NCBI GenBank assembly: GCA_963707635.1
Contig: OY970173.1
Location: 224,001 to 288,000, forward strand
DNA: 64,000 nt
Direction of reading: 5' to 3'
From: Candidatus Latescibacterota bacterium
GTDB taxonomy: Bacteria; Krumholzibacteriota; Krumholzibacteriia; WVZY01; JAKEHA01
This document shows, piece by piece, positions 1 through 9,358 of this stretch. Every line of letters starts with the position of its first letter. Within the stretch, counting starts at the first letter, position 1. The notes beneath the pieces are model-generated. The model was not told the origin of the DNA, ran no database searches, and saw only the letters and a program-made list of their open reading frames with translations. The position numbers and the translations under genes are program-made.

Positions 1-733
1 ACGACGTCCAGACCAACGCCGACGCTCCGACGCCGCGGAGATCGTCTGAAGTCAGGAATAGCGAGGATACACCCACGCCTCGAAGGTCGCGCGTTCTCAC
101 GTCCACCAACCCCATACTGAGTCCACGGTCGGTGTTCGCCGTCACCTCCCACAGACCAAGTGCCAACCCGTCGATCTCGTTGGCCATCACCATTGGCGCC
201 ATCGACGCGCCGATGAGCGACCCTTTGCCACCCGCAATCAGACCCGCCATGGTGACTCCGGTCACGCGAGCCGGGGTGATAACAAACATCGCACCGACCG
301 TCAGCCCCCAAATCCGGGCATTGGTACGAGTGTCATCAAAATCTCCGACCATTCCTCCGAGATTGATTCCCGCCATGCGCTGCCGCCCTTGCCCAGCGAG
401 GCTGATCGAAATACCGTCGACACGTTCCGCCGAGACCATCAAGGCAATGGCGACACCTTCGAACGAGTGCCCGATCCCACTGAACAACCCAAGCGTGATC
501 CCCCGATAGCGGGCGCTTCCGTTCGACTCTTCCGAATCCGGGCCCGCGACGATGAAATTCACTCCGTCCACCCGGGTCACACCGCGGTCGACCAGGTTGA
601 AGCGCAGCCCGGTCCACTCTTTCGAGTTGCCAACGCTGACACCGGCATTCCCGGTTCCGATCTCCAGCGACGCTTCGCAGATACCAGGAACCAGCAGAAC
701 CCCAAGCATAAGGACTGGTCGAAAACCCCTCAT
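1..733 (-). CDS. Secreted glycine-rich surface repeat protein (LA_2272-like beta-repeat), runs off the window start
   Basis: Not in the ORF track. Manual translation from ATG at 733 is open to base 1: MRGFRPVLMLGVLLVPGICEASLEIGTGNAGVSVGNSKEWTGLRFNLVDRGVTRVDGVNF..., with a signal-like N-terminus and recurring (I/V)xG(V/I/L)x(L/I)G units. Confidence 0.65.
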   Translation of the reverse strand, partial: MRGFRPVLMLGVLLVPGICEASLEIGTGNAGVSVGNSKEWTGLRFNLVDRGVTRVDGVNFIVAGPDSEESNGSARYRGITLGLFSGIGHSFEGVAIALMVSAERVDGISISLAGQGRQRMAGINLGGMVGDFDDTRTNARIWGLTVGAMFVITPARVTGVTMAGLIAGGKGSLIGASMAPMVMANEIDGLALGLWEVTANTDRGLSMGLVDVRTRDLRGVGVSSLFLTSDDLRGVGASALVWTS

Positions 734-831
734 TCGCTACCTCGGTAGAGTTCCCGGCTCGACACAACGAGAGGGTCGGCGCGAATCACGCCGACCCTCC
801 CAGAGCATGCAATCATCCTGAAAGCTGCCTA

Positions 832-1590
832 TTACCGATACAGGCTCTTGACCTCGCCCCAGGTTGCGGACTGCACCGCGAGCGGGCCGGTCAGATAATC
901 CCCGGTGGTCGATGCGTGGATCAGTGGCACACTGGGATCCTGTTGCGGGCCGGGGTTCGAGTGCAGCTCGAAGAACACGTCGAAGAAACTGTCGAAAGCC
1001 GGCGACGGGTTGACATGCACATTTCCGGGCATCAACCCGGGCGCGCAGTCGAAGTGCATGCGCAGCTCGTGACACCCTCCACCGGGACCCACCTCGACCC
1101 GATAGAATACGTCGAAGAACGAGTCACCCACGAACACGTCGAAGAAGCTGTTGGGAACAGCCGGATGAAGCGGCACCAGGTGCGCCGGTCCCCCTCCCGG
1201 GATATCGATCTCGTAGAAGATGTCGAAGAACGAGTCGACGGGCCATTGCTGCCCCCCCGCGAGCGGGATCTCATAGAAGATGTCGAAGAACGAGTCGATC
1301 ACCGGCGTCCCCGGCGGCAGCCCGTGCAGGGGCACGACCCGGGCCGGCAGCGGGTTTCCGCCCGGTCCGCCGGCGGACATCGCTCGGAGCACCTGGTGCT
1401 CCGTCAGGTCGAGGTGGAACGACCCGCCGGTCATGTGTCCGATCCCCTGGTCAAGGGGCGGCAGCGGGGCGAACCCCACCGGGGAAATCTCGGTGAAGAC
1501 GTCGAAGAACGAATCGATCGCGGCGGCGGGACCTGCGAACACGAGCAGGGCGACGCCGAGGGTGAGTACTACGGTAGCAACACGACGCAC
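832..1590 (-). CDS. Secreted hypothetical protein with six SFFD(V/I)F repeats and C-terminal TWGEVKSLYR motif
   Basis: ORF 832..1686; likely GTG start at 1590 after AAGGAGG; signal peptide MRRVATVVLTLGVALLVFAGPAAA. Confidence 0.85.
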   Translation of the reverse strand: MRRVATVVLTLGVALLVFAGPAAAIDSFFDVFTEISPVGFAPLPPLDQGIGHMTGGSFHLDLTEHQVLRAMSAGGPGGNPLPARVVPLHGLPPGTPVIDSFFDIFYEIPLAGGQQWPVDSFFDIFYEIDIPGGGPAHLVPLHPAVPNSFFDVFVGDSFFDVFYRVEVGPGGGCHELRMHFDCAPGLMPGNVHVNPSPAFDSFFDVFFELHSNPGPQQDPSVPLIHASTTGDYLTGPLAVQSATWGEVKSLYR

Positions 1591-1728
1591 GTCGGTCCTC
1601 CTTATCCATACTGCATGAGCTGAACAATCGCCAGACTCCCGGCCGGGGGGGCGTGGCGTACGGATTTGGATGGAACTACCCCGCAAGTATACCGCACCGG
1701 GAAGGATGATTTCCAGTCGGAGGGAGAG

Positions 1729-2643
1729 TCAAGCTATCGCTCTGGCGTCCTGTGATCCGGCGGAGCGGCGATGCCGGGTCATCGTCACCTCGTTGCCAGC
1801 ATCGTTGAACGTCACATCGTCCATGAACGTTCGTAGCAGCAGCAGGCCGCGACCGCTCGCCTTGAGCAGGCAGTCCGGGTGAAGCGGATCCGGCACGCAG
1901 GAGATGTTGAACCCTTTCCCCTCGTCCCGCACCCGGTAGCTCACCACGTCCGGAGTGAGCCGCTCTGTCACGCGCACGCGCCGGTCGCGGTACGGGGCTT
2001 GAGTTGCACGCTCCTGGCGGACTCTCATGTAGAGATCCATTCCGTCTTCGCGAAGCGCAGAGTCGAGTTCGAGGTTGCCGTGATCGATGGCGTTGTTGAA
2101 GGATTCCGCGAGCGCGGTGCCAACCTGAAACAGCTCGGTGTCGTCGCAGAAGTTGACCTGTCGGAGATTGCCCTGCAGGTGGCTGATCAGCGCGTTGGGG
2201 CCGTCCATTTCGTAGCCGAGAACAAAGCTGGCCTCGCTGTGATCGAGCAATGCGCGCGTGCGGTCGCGGTAACGCCTCTCCTCCACCGCCGCCATCACCA
2301 TGCTCATCGCCGCACAGAGATTGTCGCGCAGTCTTGTCTTCGGCACATAGCTGAGTGCTCCCGCGCGCAGCGCGTTTACCGCAGTCTCTTCGGTGCCCTC
2401 GGACGTCATGAGCACGACCGGCAGGCCCGCGTACTTTCCTCTCACGAATCTGACGAGTTCGAGACCGCCCATTCCCGGCACGTGCAGGTCGGTCAGAATG
2501 GCGTCTGGCGCGTGCTCCTCGATTGCACGAACGGCCTCCAGTCCATTCCTCGCGAATACCGGAGTCATGCCATGGTCCCGCAGGCACTCGCCGGCCAGGT
2601 CGCGGGTTTCTTTGCTGTCATCGACAACGAGGATTCTCTCCAT
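1729..2643 (-). CDS. Response regulator receiver fused to RsbW-like HATPase (anti-sigma-factor kinase) domain
   Basis: ILVVDD...PDAILTDLHVPGMGG receiver; ESFNNAIDHGN (N box), VRDEGKGF (G1), SGRGLLLLRTFMDDV (G2). Confidence 0.9.
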   Translation of the reverse strand: MERILVVDDSKETRDLAGECLRDHGMTPVFARNGLEAVRAIEEHAPDAILTDLHVPGMGGLELVRFVRGKYAGLPVVLMTSEGTEETAVNALRAGALSYVPKTRLRDNLCAAMSMVMAAVEERRYRDRTRALLDHSEASFVLGYEMDGPNALISHLQGNLRQVNFCDDTELFQVGTALAESFNNAIDHGNLELDSALREDGMDLYMRVRQERATQAPYRDRRVRVTERLTPDVVSYRVRDEGKGFNISCVPDPLHPDCLLKASGRGLLLLRTFMDDVTFNDAGNEVTMTRHRRSAGSQDARAIA

Positions 2644-2679
2644 GCGCTTCGGCCTCCTGTCTCCGAATCCAGCGGGGAA

Positions 2680-3471
2680 TCATAGCACAGAACCGACCGC
2701 GAGAATCAGGCTGCAGCACGTGACTCCACCCTCGGCCTTCGCCAGCTCTGAAACGTCCACCTGGTGGAGTGACATCCCCGTCTTGTCGGCATGCGCGCGC
2801 AGGCGAGCCGCCGTGCGTGAGTACGCGGACGGGAAGATCACTCCGCCACCCACCCACAACGCGTTCGCCGCGTCCGGTTCCGAAGGGTCCACGTCGATCC
2901 AGCCGAGATCCCCGAATGCCCCGCGGTCCACTCGCGAGCTGTTTCCGAGAAGCGTGTTCTCCCCCACAACCGTGACCGCCGACTTGAGGTGCAGACAGCC
3001 ACGCACGTCTACCGCCACCACGTCGTAGCCGTGCTTCGACACCCGCATACGCAGCTGGGAGATCCCCGCGTCGTTCGTCCGGCTCGATCGTGCAACGAAG
3101 AGCCGCCGGCCCACGCGCAGCACGTCGCCGCCGTCCAACGTGCCTGGCGTGTCGATGCGCTCCACGGGGCGGTGACGCGCCAGAATCCTCTCGACTCCGT
3201 CCAACTCCCCACGGCGCGACACCGCTCCGGGCCGCGCCAACACCGCCATCTCATCGAGCACCACCGCCATGTCTTCCACGAAGACCGCGTCCGGCATGTC
3301 GTGCGCGGCCCCCGCGGACGCGATCTCACAGCCCAGCGCAGCCAGGGCAGTTTCATACGTTTCGTGTTGCTTGACGGCGCGCGCGTAGTCAATGGGCTCG
3401 CGCGAGAGGTGGGTGAGCTCGCAGTGGACGATACTCGTGCTAACGGGACGGGTGATCGCGATCCGCGTCAT
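2680..3471 (-). CDS. ddaH: Dimethylarginine dimethylaminohydrolase (amidinotransferase family)
   Basis: PDAVFVED, LDGGDVL, CLHLKSAVT, KAEGGVTCCS motifs; start set at MTRIAITRPVS. Confidence 0.9.
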   Translation of the reverse strand: MTRIAITRPVSTSIVHCELTHLSREPIDYARAVKQHETYETALAALGCEIASAGAAHDMPDAVFVEDMAVVLDEMAVLARPGAVSRRGELDGVERILARHRPVERIDTPGTLDGGDVLRVGRRLFVARSSRTNDAGISQLRMRVSKHGYDVVAVDVRGCLHLKSAVTVVGENTLLGNSSRVDRGAFGDLGWIDVDPSEPDAANALWVGGGVIFPSAYSRTAARLRAHADKTGMSLHQVDVSELAKAEGGVTCCSLILAVGSVL

Positions 3472-3708
3472 GGCGACATGCCCCGTCGGGGTTCGGCCTC
3501 CATAAATGAAAAGCACGACGATGCGGGTGGAACTAGCCGGGTCGGGCTAGAAGCCTTGCATCTTAGCTGAATCGGATGTTGGAATCAATTCAGGCGCGGC
3601 ACAATACGATTCTCGATTTTGTCCTACAATCGATGATTCCGTTGCGCTATCCTTAGGGCGCGGCCTTCCTCCCGGCTGCCGGAGAACCATTCACCTGGCA
3701 AGGGAGGA

Positions 3709-4814
3709 TTGGCCATGTTGTGTTCCATCCCGGATCGCGAGTTGATCGCGCGGCTCGAACAGCTTCGCCGCGCGGAGCGCGAAACATCCGTCGACATCCT
3801 GCACCACCTCAACGAAATCGAACGCCGGAGTCTGCACCTGCGGCTCGGGTACCCGTCGCTGTTTGCGTACTGCACCGGACACCTGCGCTACTCGGACTCC
3901 GCGGCGGCCCGCCGTGTGCAGGCGGCCCGGTGTCTCCGGCGCTTCCCCACCGTGGGTCCGCTGCTGCAGAGCGGCGAGATCAACCTGATGACCCTCGGCC
4001 TCGTCGCGAACCTCCTCACCGAAACGACTCTGGATCAGTGGCTCGATCGGATCCGCGGCAAGACCCAGCGTGAGGTCGAGGCCATCGCCGCGACGGTTCG
4101 CCCGCCCCTCACCCTGCGCGATCGCGCCCGGCTCGTGCATGTCGCCGTGCCGACCGTGTCTCCGTTGCCGTTGGCGCCCGTGTCGACCGCGTCGGCGGAC
4201 CCATCGATAGTCTATCCGCGCCGATGTTCTCATCATCTCCTCACGCCTCATCGCAGGCCGTCGTCCCGCCTGGGCCCGGCGCTCTCGTGAACTCATCTAC
4301 AAACTCCCAGACTGGCGGTAAACAATCATCCACCATCGTCGCGACACAGCTCAAGGTGTACATCCAGTTCCTCGCCGATCAATCCTTCATGGCGAAGTAC
4401 CGGACCGCGACCGCGCTCCTGTCGAACAAACTTCCCAGGCTCACCTTCGAAACCGTGTTCGTGGCGCTGATCGAAGAGTTCATCCGCCGGCACGAGCCGG
4501 TAGAACGCCACCTGCGGCGCGAGCGCGCGATGGCGCCCGGGCATCACGCCGCCGATCGCACCCCAGTTCCATTGCGGACACGCGACGCCGTGTTCGCGCG
4601 CGACCGCGGGCGCTGCACGTTTGTCGGTTCCGACGGGAAGCGCTGCGGCGAAACGATCCGTCTGCACGTCGACCACATCAAACCGGTCGCACGCGGCGGG
4701 ACCAACGATATGACGAATCTTCGGCTTCTGTGCGCGCAGCACAATCAACTCCAGGCGGAGCGGCTCCTGGGGCGCGAGGTAATGAATGACCGCCGAAGGC
4801 TGGTGCAGCGCTAG
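3709..4814 (+). pseudogene. DUF222-like N-terminal domain + C-terminal HNH endonuclease, split by a frameshift (real or sequencing error)
   Basis: ORF 3709..4290 (LHHLNEIERRSLHLRLGYPSLFAYC...AARRVQAAR) and overlapping ORF 4224..4814 (RDRGRCTF..RC..LHVDHIKPVARGG.NDMTNLRLLCAQHN) in different frames. Confidence 0.75.
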
Positions 4815-4865
4815 CCGCGACGGCAGTGGTCGTATTTGCGGCGCCTGTTACCGTCGGTGAGGTCG

Positions 4866-6233
4866 CTACCGGTAGTTGAAAATCAACGGGAAGATCGCCA
4901 CCACGATCCACGCCCAGATTCCAAACGCGGGAAGATAGGCCGTTTGCCAGCGCACGAGGCGGTTGAACGGGGCGCGTTTGGTCAGAAACAGTGCGTAGAG
5001 CACGGCCGACCACCCGAGATTCGCGAGCAGCAGCACGTTCAGGCCGAGCGCAGCCGTCTTGTTTGGAGTCCAGCCGAACTCCGACGTGCGTTCCACCATG
5101 GCCCACAGGGCGATGGCATCGACGACCAGGGCGCAGAGCACGAGCAGCAGCCGGAGTCGGTCGAATCCTCCGGGAGGCGCGTGCGGGTCGCGGGCGGAGA
5201 TGGCGTAGAGCAGTAGACCCAGCACGAGCACAAGGAGCAGGTCGAATCCGATCAGCACTTCCCGTTGCATGTTGATCAGATTGCCCGTCCAGACCATCGC
5301 CGCGACGAAGACCAGCAGCAACACCGCAAAAAGCGGTGTGAACAGCAGCGTCAGCACCGGCGCCATGCTCTCGATGACACTCTGCTTGAACTCGACCAGC
5401 CACGCCGCGATAAGAACCCCCCCTGCCGCGCCGCACGGGATGATCCAGTGTTGGACCGCAGACTCGGCATTCAGGCCGATGGCGTTGAAGATGAACAAGG
5501 TGATTCCCACCAGAGCGCCGCCGCCGAGTGCAATCAGCACGTAGTAGATGAACCACTCGCCGGAGAACCGCACGAAGTTCATCCGCTGCTCATGGCTGCG
5601 CCAGAGACCGCCGACATACGCAAACCCGATCGTCAACCACAACGCAATCGGAAGGTGGATCGCGGACAGAATCTCGGTGTGCCCCTCCGCCACGAATGGC
5701 AAAAGGTTCATGATGAAGCCAGCGGCGATGAACGGAACGGCCAGCCGGTACCATGCGCTTCGTTGCATGCCGCGCTTCAAGGCAAAGAACGCGGCGAGGA
5801 AGGGCAGGACGAAGAGTGTGACGTTATGGACGTAGAAAGACATGTCGGCGTCGTCGGACATGTGCTTGCCAAAGAGCTCCGGGATCTTGAGCGCGACGGC
5901 AGCGGCCGCCGCCAGACCAACAGCCGCGACGGTGTCCCGATGCGCGGTTGGAGACGATGAGGCGCCATCGCCCGGCGAAACCACGAGCTGTTTCCAGAGA
6001 CGCTCGGAGTACTCGTGGGCGAACTCGCGCGATACTGAATCCTGGTCCCCCAGACGCTTGATCGCGACCAGGAACGCTTCGTCCTCGTTCAGGCCGGCCT
6101 GGCGCAGTGCTTCGACCTGGCTGCGGAGATGGTCCTCGAGCTCCTCGATGTCGACGGGGCGGATCGCCTGCCGTTTCCGAAAGTACTGCCGCCACTCTTC
6201 GATACGCTTTTCCAACACGCTCTCTGTACTCAT
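4866..6233 (-). CDS. Permease-prefix-domain membrane protein (PadR-associated)
   Basis: IEEWRQY..DIEELEDHLRSQVEAL..GLNEDEAFLVAIKRLG prefix domain followed by ~10 hydrophobic segments; start set at MSTESVLEK. Confidence 0.85.
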   Translation of the reverse strand: MSTESVLEKRIEEWRQYFRKRQAIRPVDIEELEDHLRSQVEALRQAGLNEDEAFLVAIKRLGDQDSVSREFAHEYSERLWKQLVVSPGDGASSSPTAHRDTVAAVGLAAAAAVALKIPELFGKHMSDDADMSFYVHNVTLFVLPFLAAFFALKRGMQRSAWYRLAVPFIAAGFIMNLLPFVAEGHTEILSAIHLPIALWLTIGFAYVGGLWRSHEQRMNFVRFSGEWFIYYVLIALGGGALVGITLFIFNAIGLNAESAVQHWIIPCGAAGGVLIAAWLVEFKQSVIESMAPVLTLLFTPLFAVLLLVFVAAMVWTGNLINMQREVLIGFDLLLVLVLGLLLYAISARDPHAPPGGFDRLRLLLVLCALVVDAIALWAMVERTSEFGWTPNKTAALGLNVLLLANLGWSAVLYALFLTKRAPFNRLVRWQTAYLPAFGIWAWIVVAIFPLIFNYR

Positions 6234-6256
6234 CCATTCATCTCCGTGTTTGAGGA

Positions 6257-6610
6257 TCAGGCCGGTCGCCCGATCGGTTCGAGGGCCATGCGCCAGATGC
6301 CGCGCAGCGCGTTGTCGACCATCTGCCACTGACGCCGCTGTCCGGCCAGGTGGTCGACGCCGGACGTGGTCAGGCGGTAGTACTTACGCCGCCTGCCCGA
6401 CTCCGCCTGGCCCCATACCGCTTCAACGAAGCCCCGGCGCTCTAGCCGGTGCAGGAGCGGGTAAACCATGCCGTCTGTCCACCGCAGCTCCCCCCCCGAC
6501 ACCTCGCCCACCCGCTTGATGATAGCGTAACCGTAGCTCTGGCCTTCTGTTAGGATGGCAAGCACCAGCGGTGTTGCGGAGGCGGCGACGAGATCCTTGT
6601 CGATGTCCAT
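6257..6610 (-). CDS. PadR family transcriptional regulator
   Basis: LVLAILTEGQSYGYAII..DGMVYPLLHRLE..RRRKYYRLT. Confidence 0.93.
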   Translation of the reverse strand: MDIDKDLVAASATPLVLAILTEGQSYGYAIIKRVGEVSGGELRWTDGMVYPLLHRLERRGFVEAVWGQAESGRRRKYYRLTTSGVDHLAGQRRQWQMVDNALRGIWRMALEPIGRPA

Positions 6611-6636
6611 GGTTTGAGCTCCCGATACGTGCCGCT

Positions 6637-6666
6637 ATTATACATTGTTGTGCTATGTATAAGCAA
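6637..6666 (-). promoter_or_regulatory. sigma70 promoter of padR overlapped by a palindromic operator
   Basis: Minus strand TTGCTT-18 bp-TATAAT; inverted repeat TTATACAT-N9-ATGTATAA at 6638-6662. Confidence 0.7.
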
Positions 6667-6749
6667 GAGGCATTTCTATCCCATCGTCGCGCTTGCCGAG
6701 CAGCTCAACTGAAGCGTGAGTTCTTTATCTGGGAAAGAATGGCTCCCTG

Positions 6750-6836
6750 GTGGCGCAGTACGAGGACAAGTATCGGCTCTGTTATCTCCGCGGCCCTGAG
6801 GGCATCATCGTCGCGCTGGCCGAGCAGCTCCGCTGA
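6750..6836 (+). pseudogene. 3' remnant of a VOC/glyoxalase family gene
   Basis: Translates VAQYEDKYRLCYLRGPEGIIVALAEQLR*, a typical VOC C-terminus; its last ~36 bp are duplicated at 6682-6717. Confidence 0.6.
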
Positions 6837-6894
6837 AGCGTTCGACCGTCGGTCGGGTGGAGCGCCTCGTCGTCCCGACTCAAGTGCTGAGGCG

Positions 6895-7848
6895 CTATTT
6901 GCCGGTTCGAATCGTCACGGAGGCGCGTTCGGCCGAGCCCGTGTCGACTTCGGTCACCACCACGATGCGTGACGGCTCGCCGTAGAGGTGCGGGATGAGC
7001 GTCGCCACCACTTCGTCGGCGATCGACTTCGCGAGGTTGAATGTCGGCGCGGTGACTTCCACTGTCACCGGTACCGTGGGAGCGGAGGAGTGGTTCAACC
7101 GTGTCGCCGCCTCCAGCACCACCGCTTCTGGCACGCGCCCCTGCACACTCTCCACAGATACCGAAAATGACATGCTGACGCCATCCTTGCTCTGCGTGAC
7201 GTGCGGCGGCAGCGTAAAGGCATCGCCGACGAAGCTGCGCTTGTTGCCCGCCTTGTCGGTCGCATTCAATACGTACGAATACGTGAGGTCGGAGCGCGCG
7301 GGTTTTCCGTCGATGGTCTCGCCATTCCACGCGATCTCTTTGGGCGGTTTGCCCGCGCCCTGGTAGCGAGCGACGGTCTTGCCGCGCGAATCGGCCACTT
7401 CGAGCGCCCATTTCTCGACACCGCTCACTTCGGGGCGGAAACGCGCGACGGGTCCGTCCCGGAAGGAATCGAGCCACGGCCGCGGCGCGTATGGCGAGCG
7501 CTCGTTCGCGGATCGTTCGAGCAACGGGTCGACAAAATCGAACGATTCCGCGCCGAGTGCCGTCCCCACGCTTTCCCAGTCGAGCCCGGGAGCGGTCGCC
7601 GGGTCAACTCCCAGCTTCAGCTCCGGCCGGTCGAACTGCACACGCACGCGGTCTTCGCCTTCCACGGTGATGCTGTTGAAGTTCTTGCCCTGCGCGCCGG
7701 CTTCGATGCGCATCGTGCTGTCCGGCGTCGCGGCTGTCGCCTTCTTCCGGGTATCGTTCGCAGATTTGGGTCCGGCCGCGTTCGCTCCATGCGCGAGGAG
7801 CCACACGCACGCTACACCGGACATCACGATGCGATTGCGTTTCGACAT
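6895..7848 (-). CDS. Secreted protein with FlgD-like Ig domain
   Basis: Signal peptide (..WLLAHGANA); WALEVADSRGKTVARY..IAWNGETIDGK..YSYVLNATDKAGN resembles FlgD_ig. Confidence 0.7.
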   Translation of the reverse strand: MSKRNRIVMSGVACVWLLAHGANAAGPKSANDTRKKATAATPDSTMRIEAGAQGKNFNSITVEGEDRVRVQFDRPELKLGVDPATAPGLDWESVGTALGAESFDFVDPLLERSANERSPYAPRPWLDSFRDGPVARFRPEVSGVEKWALEVADSRGKTVARYQGAGKPPKEIAWNGETIDGKPARSDLTYSYVLNATDKAGNKRSFVGDAFTLPPHVTQSKDGVSMSFSVSVESVQGRVPEAVVLEAATRLNHSSAPTVPVTVEVTAPTFNLAKSIADEVVATLIPHLYGEPSRIVVVTEVDTGSAERASVTIRTGK

Positions 7849-7876
7849 GGGACCCTTTCCTTTGCAAGAGCGCGCG

Positions 7877-8851
7877 CTACTGTGCGCCGCTCAGTCGGTA
7901 GTTGAACGTGATACGTCCCCATTGCTCGTTGGACGCGGGGCTCGACGGCAGCGCGACGAACTTCCACTCGAGCAGCGCCAGGACGGCGCGATCATCGAAA
8001 TCGGAAACGCCGCTGGTGCGCTCGACGAGCACGTTCTCTTTGACCCGCCCGTTGGGCAGCACGAAGAAATACAACGTCACCGAGCCCTCGATCGCGTCTC
8101 GCTTCGCCCAATCGGGATAGTCGGGAACGCGATAGCGCAGCACCTGGCGGTCGGCCACCGGACCGACCAGATTGGCCCCCGCGAGATTGCGCGCGCCCTG
8201 GCTCGGGGTTGTCGTCGTCGCCGGTTTCGGCGCTTCTTCGACGGGCGCTTCGATCAGCGCGGCCGCCATGACGGGCCTGGCCTCGGGGCGGCTTTCCAGG
8301 CGGCGCAACGCCACCGGTGCGGTGCCCGTTGCGACCGGTGCCGCGTCGCGCCGGAGCGTCGCGGCTACGGTGTTCGGCCGGTCACCCGGGCCCGGAAGGC
8401 CGGCAGGCGCGGGAATGCCGACATTCGGCGCGGGAATCAACGACGCGACGCGCGTGGTGGAATTTCCGTTGCGGTCGATCGCGTCGAGTCGTTTGTCGAG
8501 TAAATCCGTGACCGCGTGCGACGACTGTGACCCCGGCGCGTTGCTCGCGTCTTCGCGCGCGCGCTCGAAGGATTCGGGTGCTTTCGCCTCGCGTGTCGCC
8601 TTGAGCGAGACTTTTTGCACGGGCGCGCTGCTCGTCGTCTCGCTCGCCATCGGTGGCGCCGCATTCGGCTCTCCCGCCGGATCGGTCATATCGACGAACG
8701 TGATCTCCGTGAGCCCGGCCAGCTCGGTTCCGCTTGCTCGCGTGAGACCGAGCCATAGGAACACGATCAGGTGTAACACGATGCTGATGCCCATGCTCTC
8801 GCGCGTGCGCGCCTTGTCGTGCACCGATTCACGGATCGAAGCGTGCTTCAA
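7877..8851 (-). CDS. tonB: TonB-family energy transducer
   Basis: TM helix with S-x3-H (SIVLHL), Pro/Ala-rich linker, TonB_C domain YPDWAKRDAIEGSVTLYFFVLPNGRV..FDDRAVLALLEWKF. Confidence 0.9.
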   Translation of the reverse strand: MKHASIRESVHDKARTRESMGISIVLHLIVFLWLGLTRASGTELAGLTEITFVDMTDPAGEPNAAPPMASETTSSAPVQKVSLKATREAKAPESFERAREDASNAPGSQSSHAVTDLLDKRLDAIDRNGNSTTRVASLIPAPNVGIPAPAGLPGPGDRPNTVAATLRRDAAPVATGTAPVALRRLESRPEARPVMAAALIEAPVEEAPKPATTTTPSQGARNLAGANLVGPVADRQVLRYRVPDYPDWAKRDAIEGSVTLYFFVLPNGRVKENVLVERTSGVSDFDDRAVLALLEWKFVALPSSPASNEQWGRITFNYRLSGAQ

Positions 8852-9345
8852 GACTTCACTTCCTCGTTCGAGGAGCTGTCCTTGTGTGCGTCATGGATCG
8901 CTTTCCGCTCGGCGTTAGAATCCACATGCGACGACGCCTGTCCGCGCTGCTGCGTACCCACCGCGATTCGGGATGCGCCCGCGGCGCGCGCCGCGTCCAC
9001 GATCTTTCGCACCGACGCGTAGGCCACACTCTGGTCCGCGCGGATCACGACGATGGCCGCCTGGTGGTCGACGAGCCGCGCCGCGATCGCCTCCTTCAGT
9101 GCCGGCATGGTAAGATTCCTATCGTCCACCGCCAGCTCGCCGTTGGGGCCGAGCGTCACACTGATACGATCGTGGCCTTCGAGATTCCTGGTTTGCGCTT
9201 CCGGTAGCTTCACGTCCACATCCGATACTGCGATCATTGGCGCGGTGATCATGAGGATGATGACCAGCACGAGGGCCACGTCGATGATCGGCGTTACGTT
9301 GACTTTCGCGATCGGTCCTTCCGTCTGGGACTGAAGTCGTTTCAT
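8848..9345 (-). CDS. exbD: ExbD/TolR family biopolymer transport protein
   Basis: VNVTPIIDVALVLVIILMITAP TM with conserved Asp; VVIRADQSVAYASV. Confidence 0.92.
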   Translation of the reverse strand: MKRLQSQTEGPIAKVNVTPIIDVALVLVIILMITAPMIAVSDVDVKLPEAQTRNLEGHDRISVTLGPNGELAVDDRNLTMPALKEAIAARLVDHQAAIVVIRADQSVAYASVRKIVDAARAAGASRIAVGTQQRGQASSHVDSNAERKAIHDAHKDSSSNEEVKS

Positions 9346-9358
9346 TTGACTCTCCGGT

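Noticed and set aside
960..1520. Recurrent GTCGAAGAACGAGTC-like DNA repeats resembling a CRISPR array
   Set aside because: Irregular spacing, degenerate at third codon positions, in frame within a protein (SFFD repeats), and no cas genes
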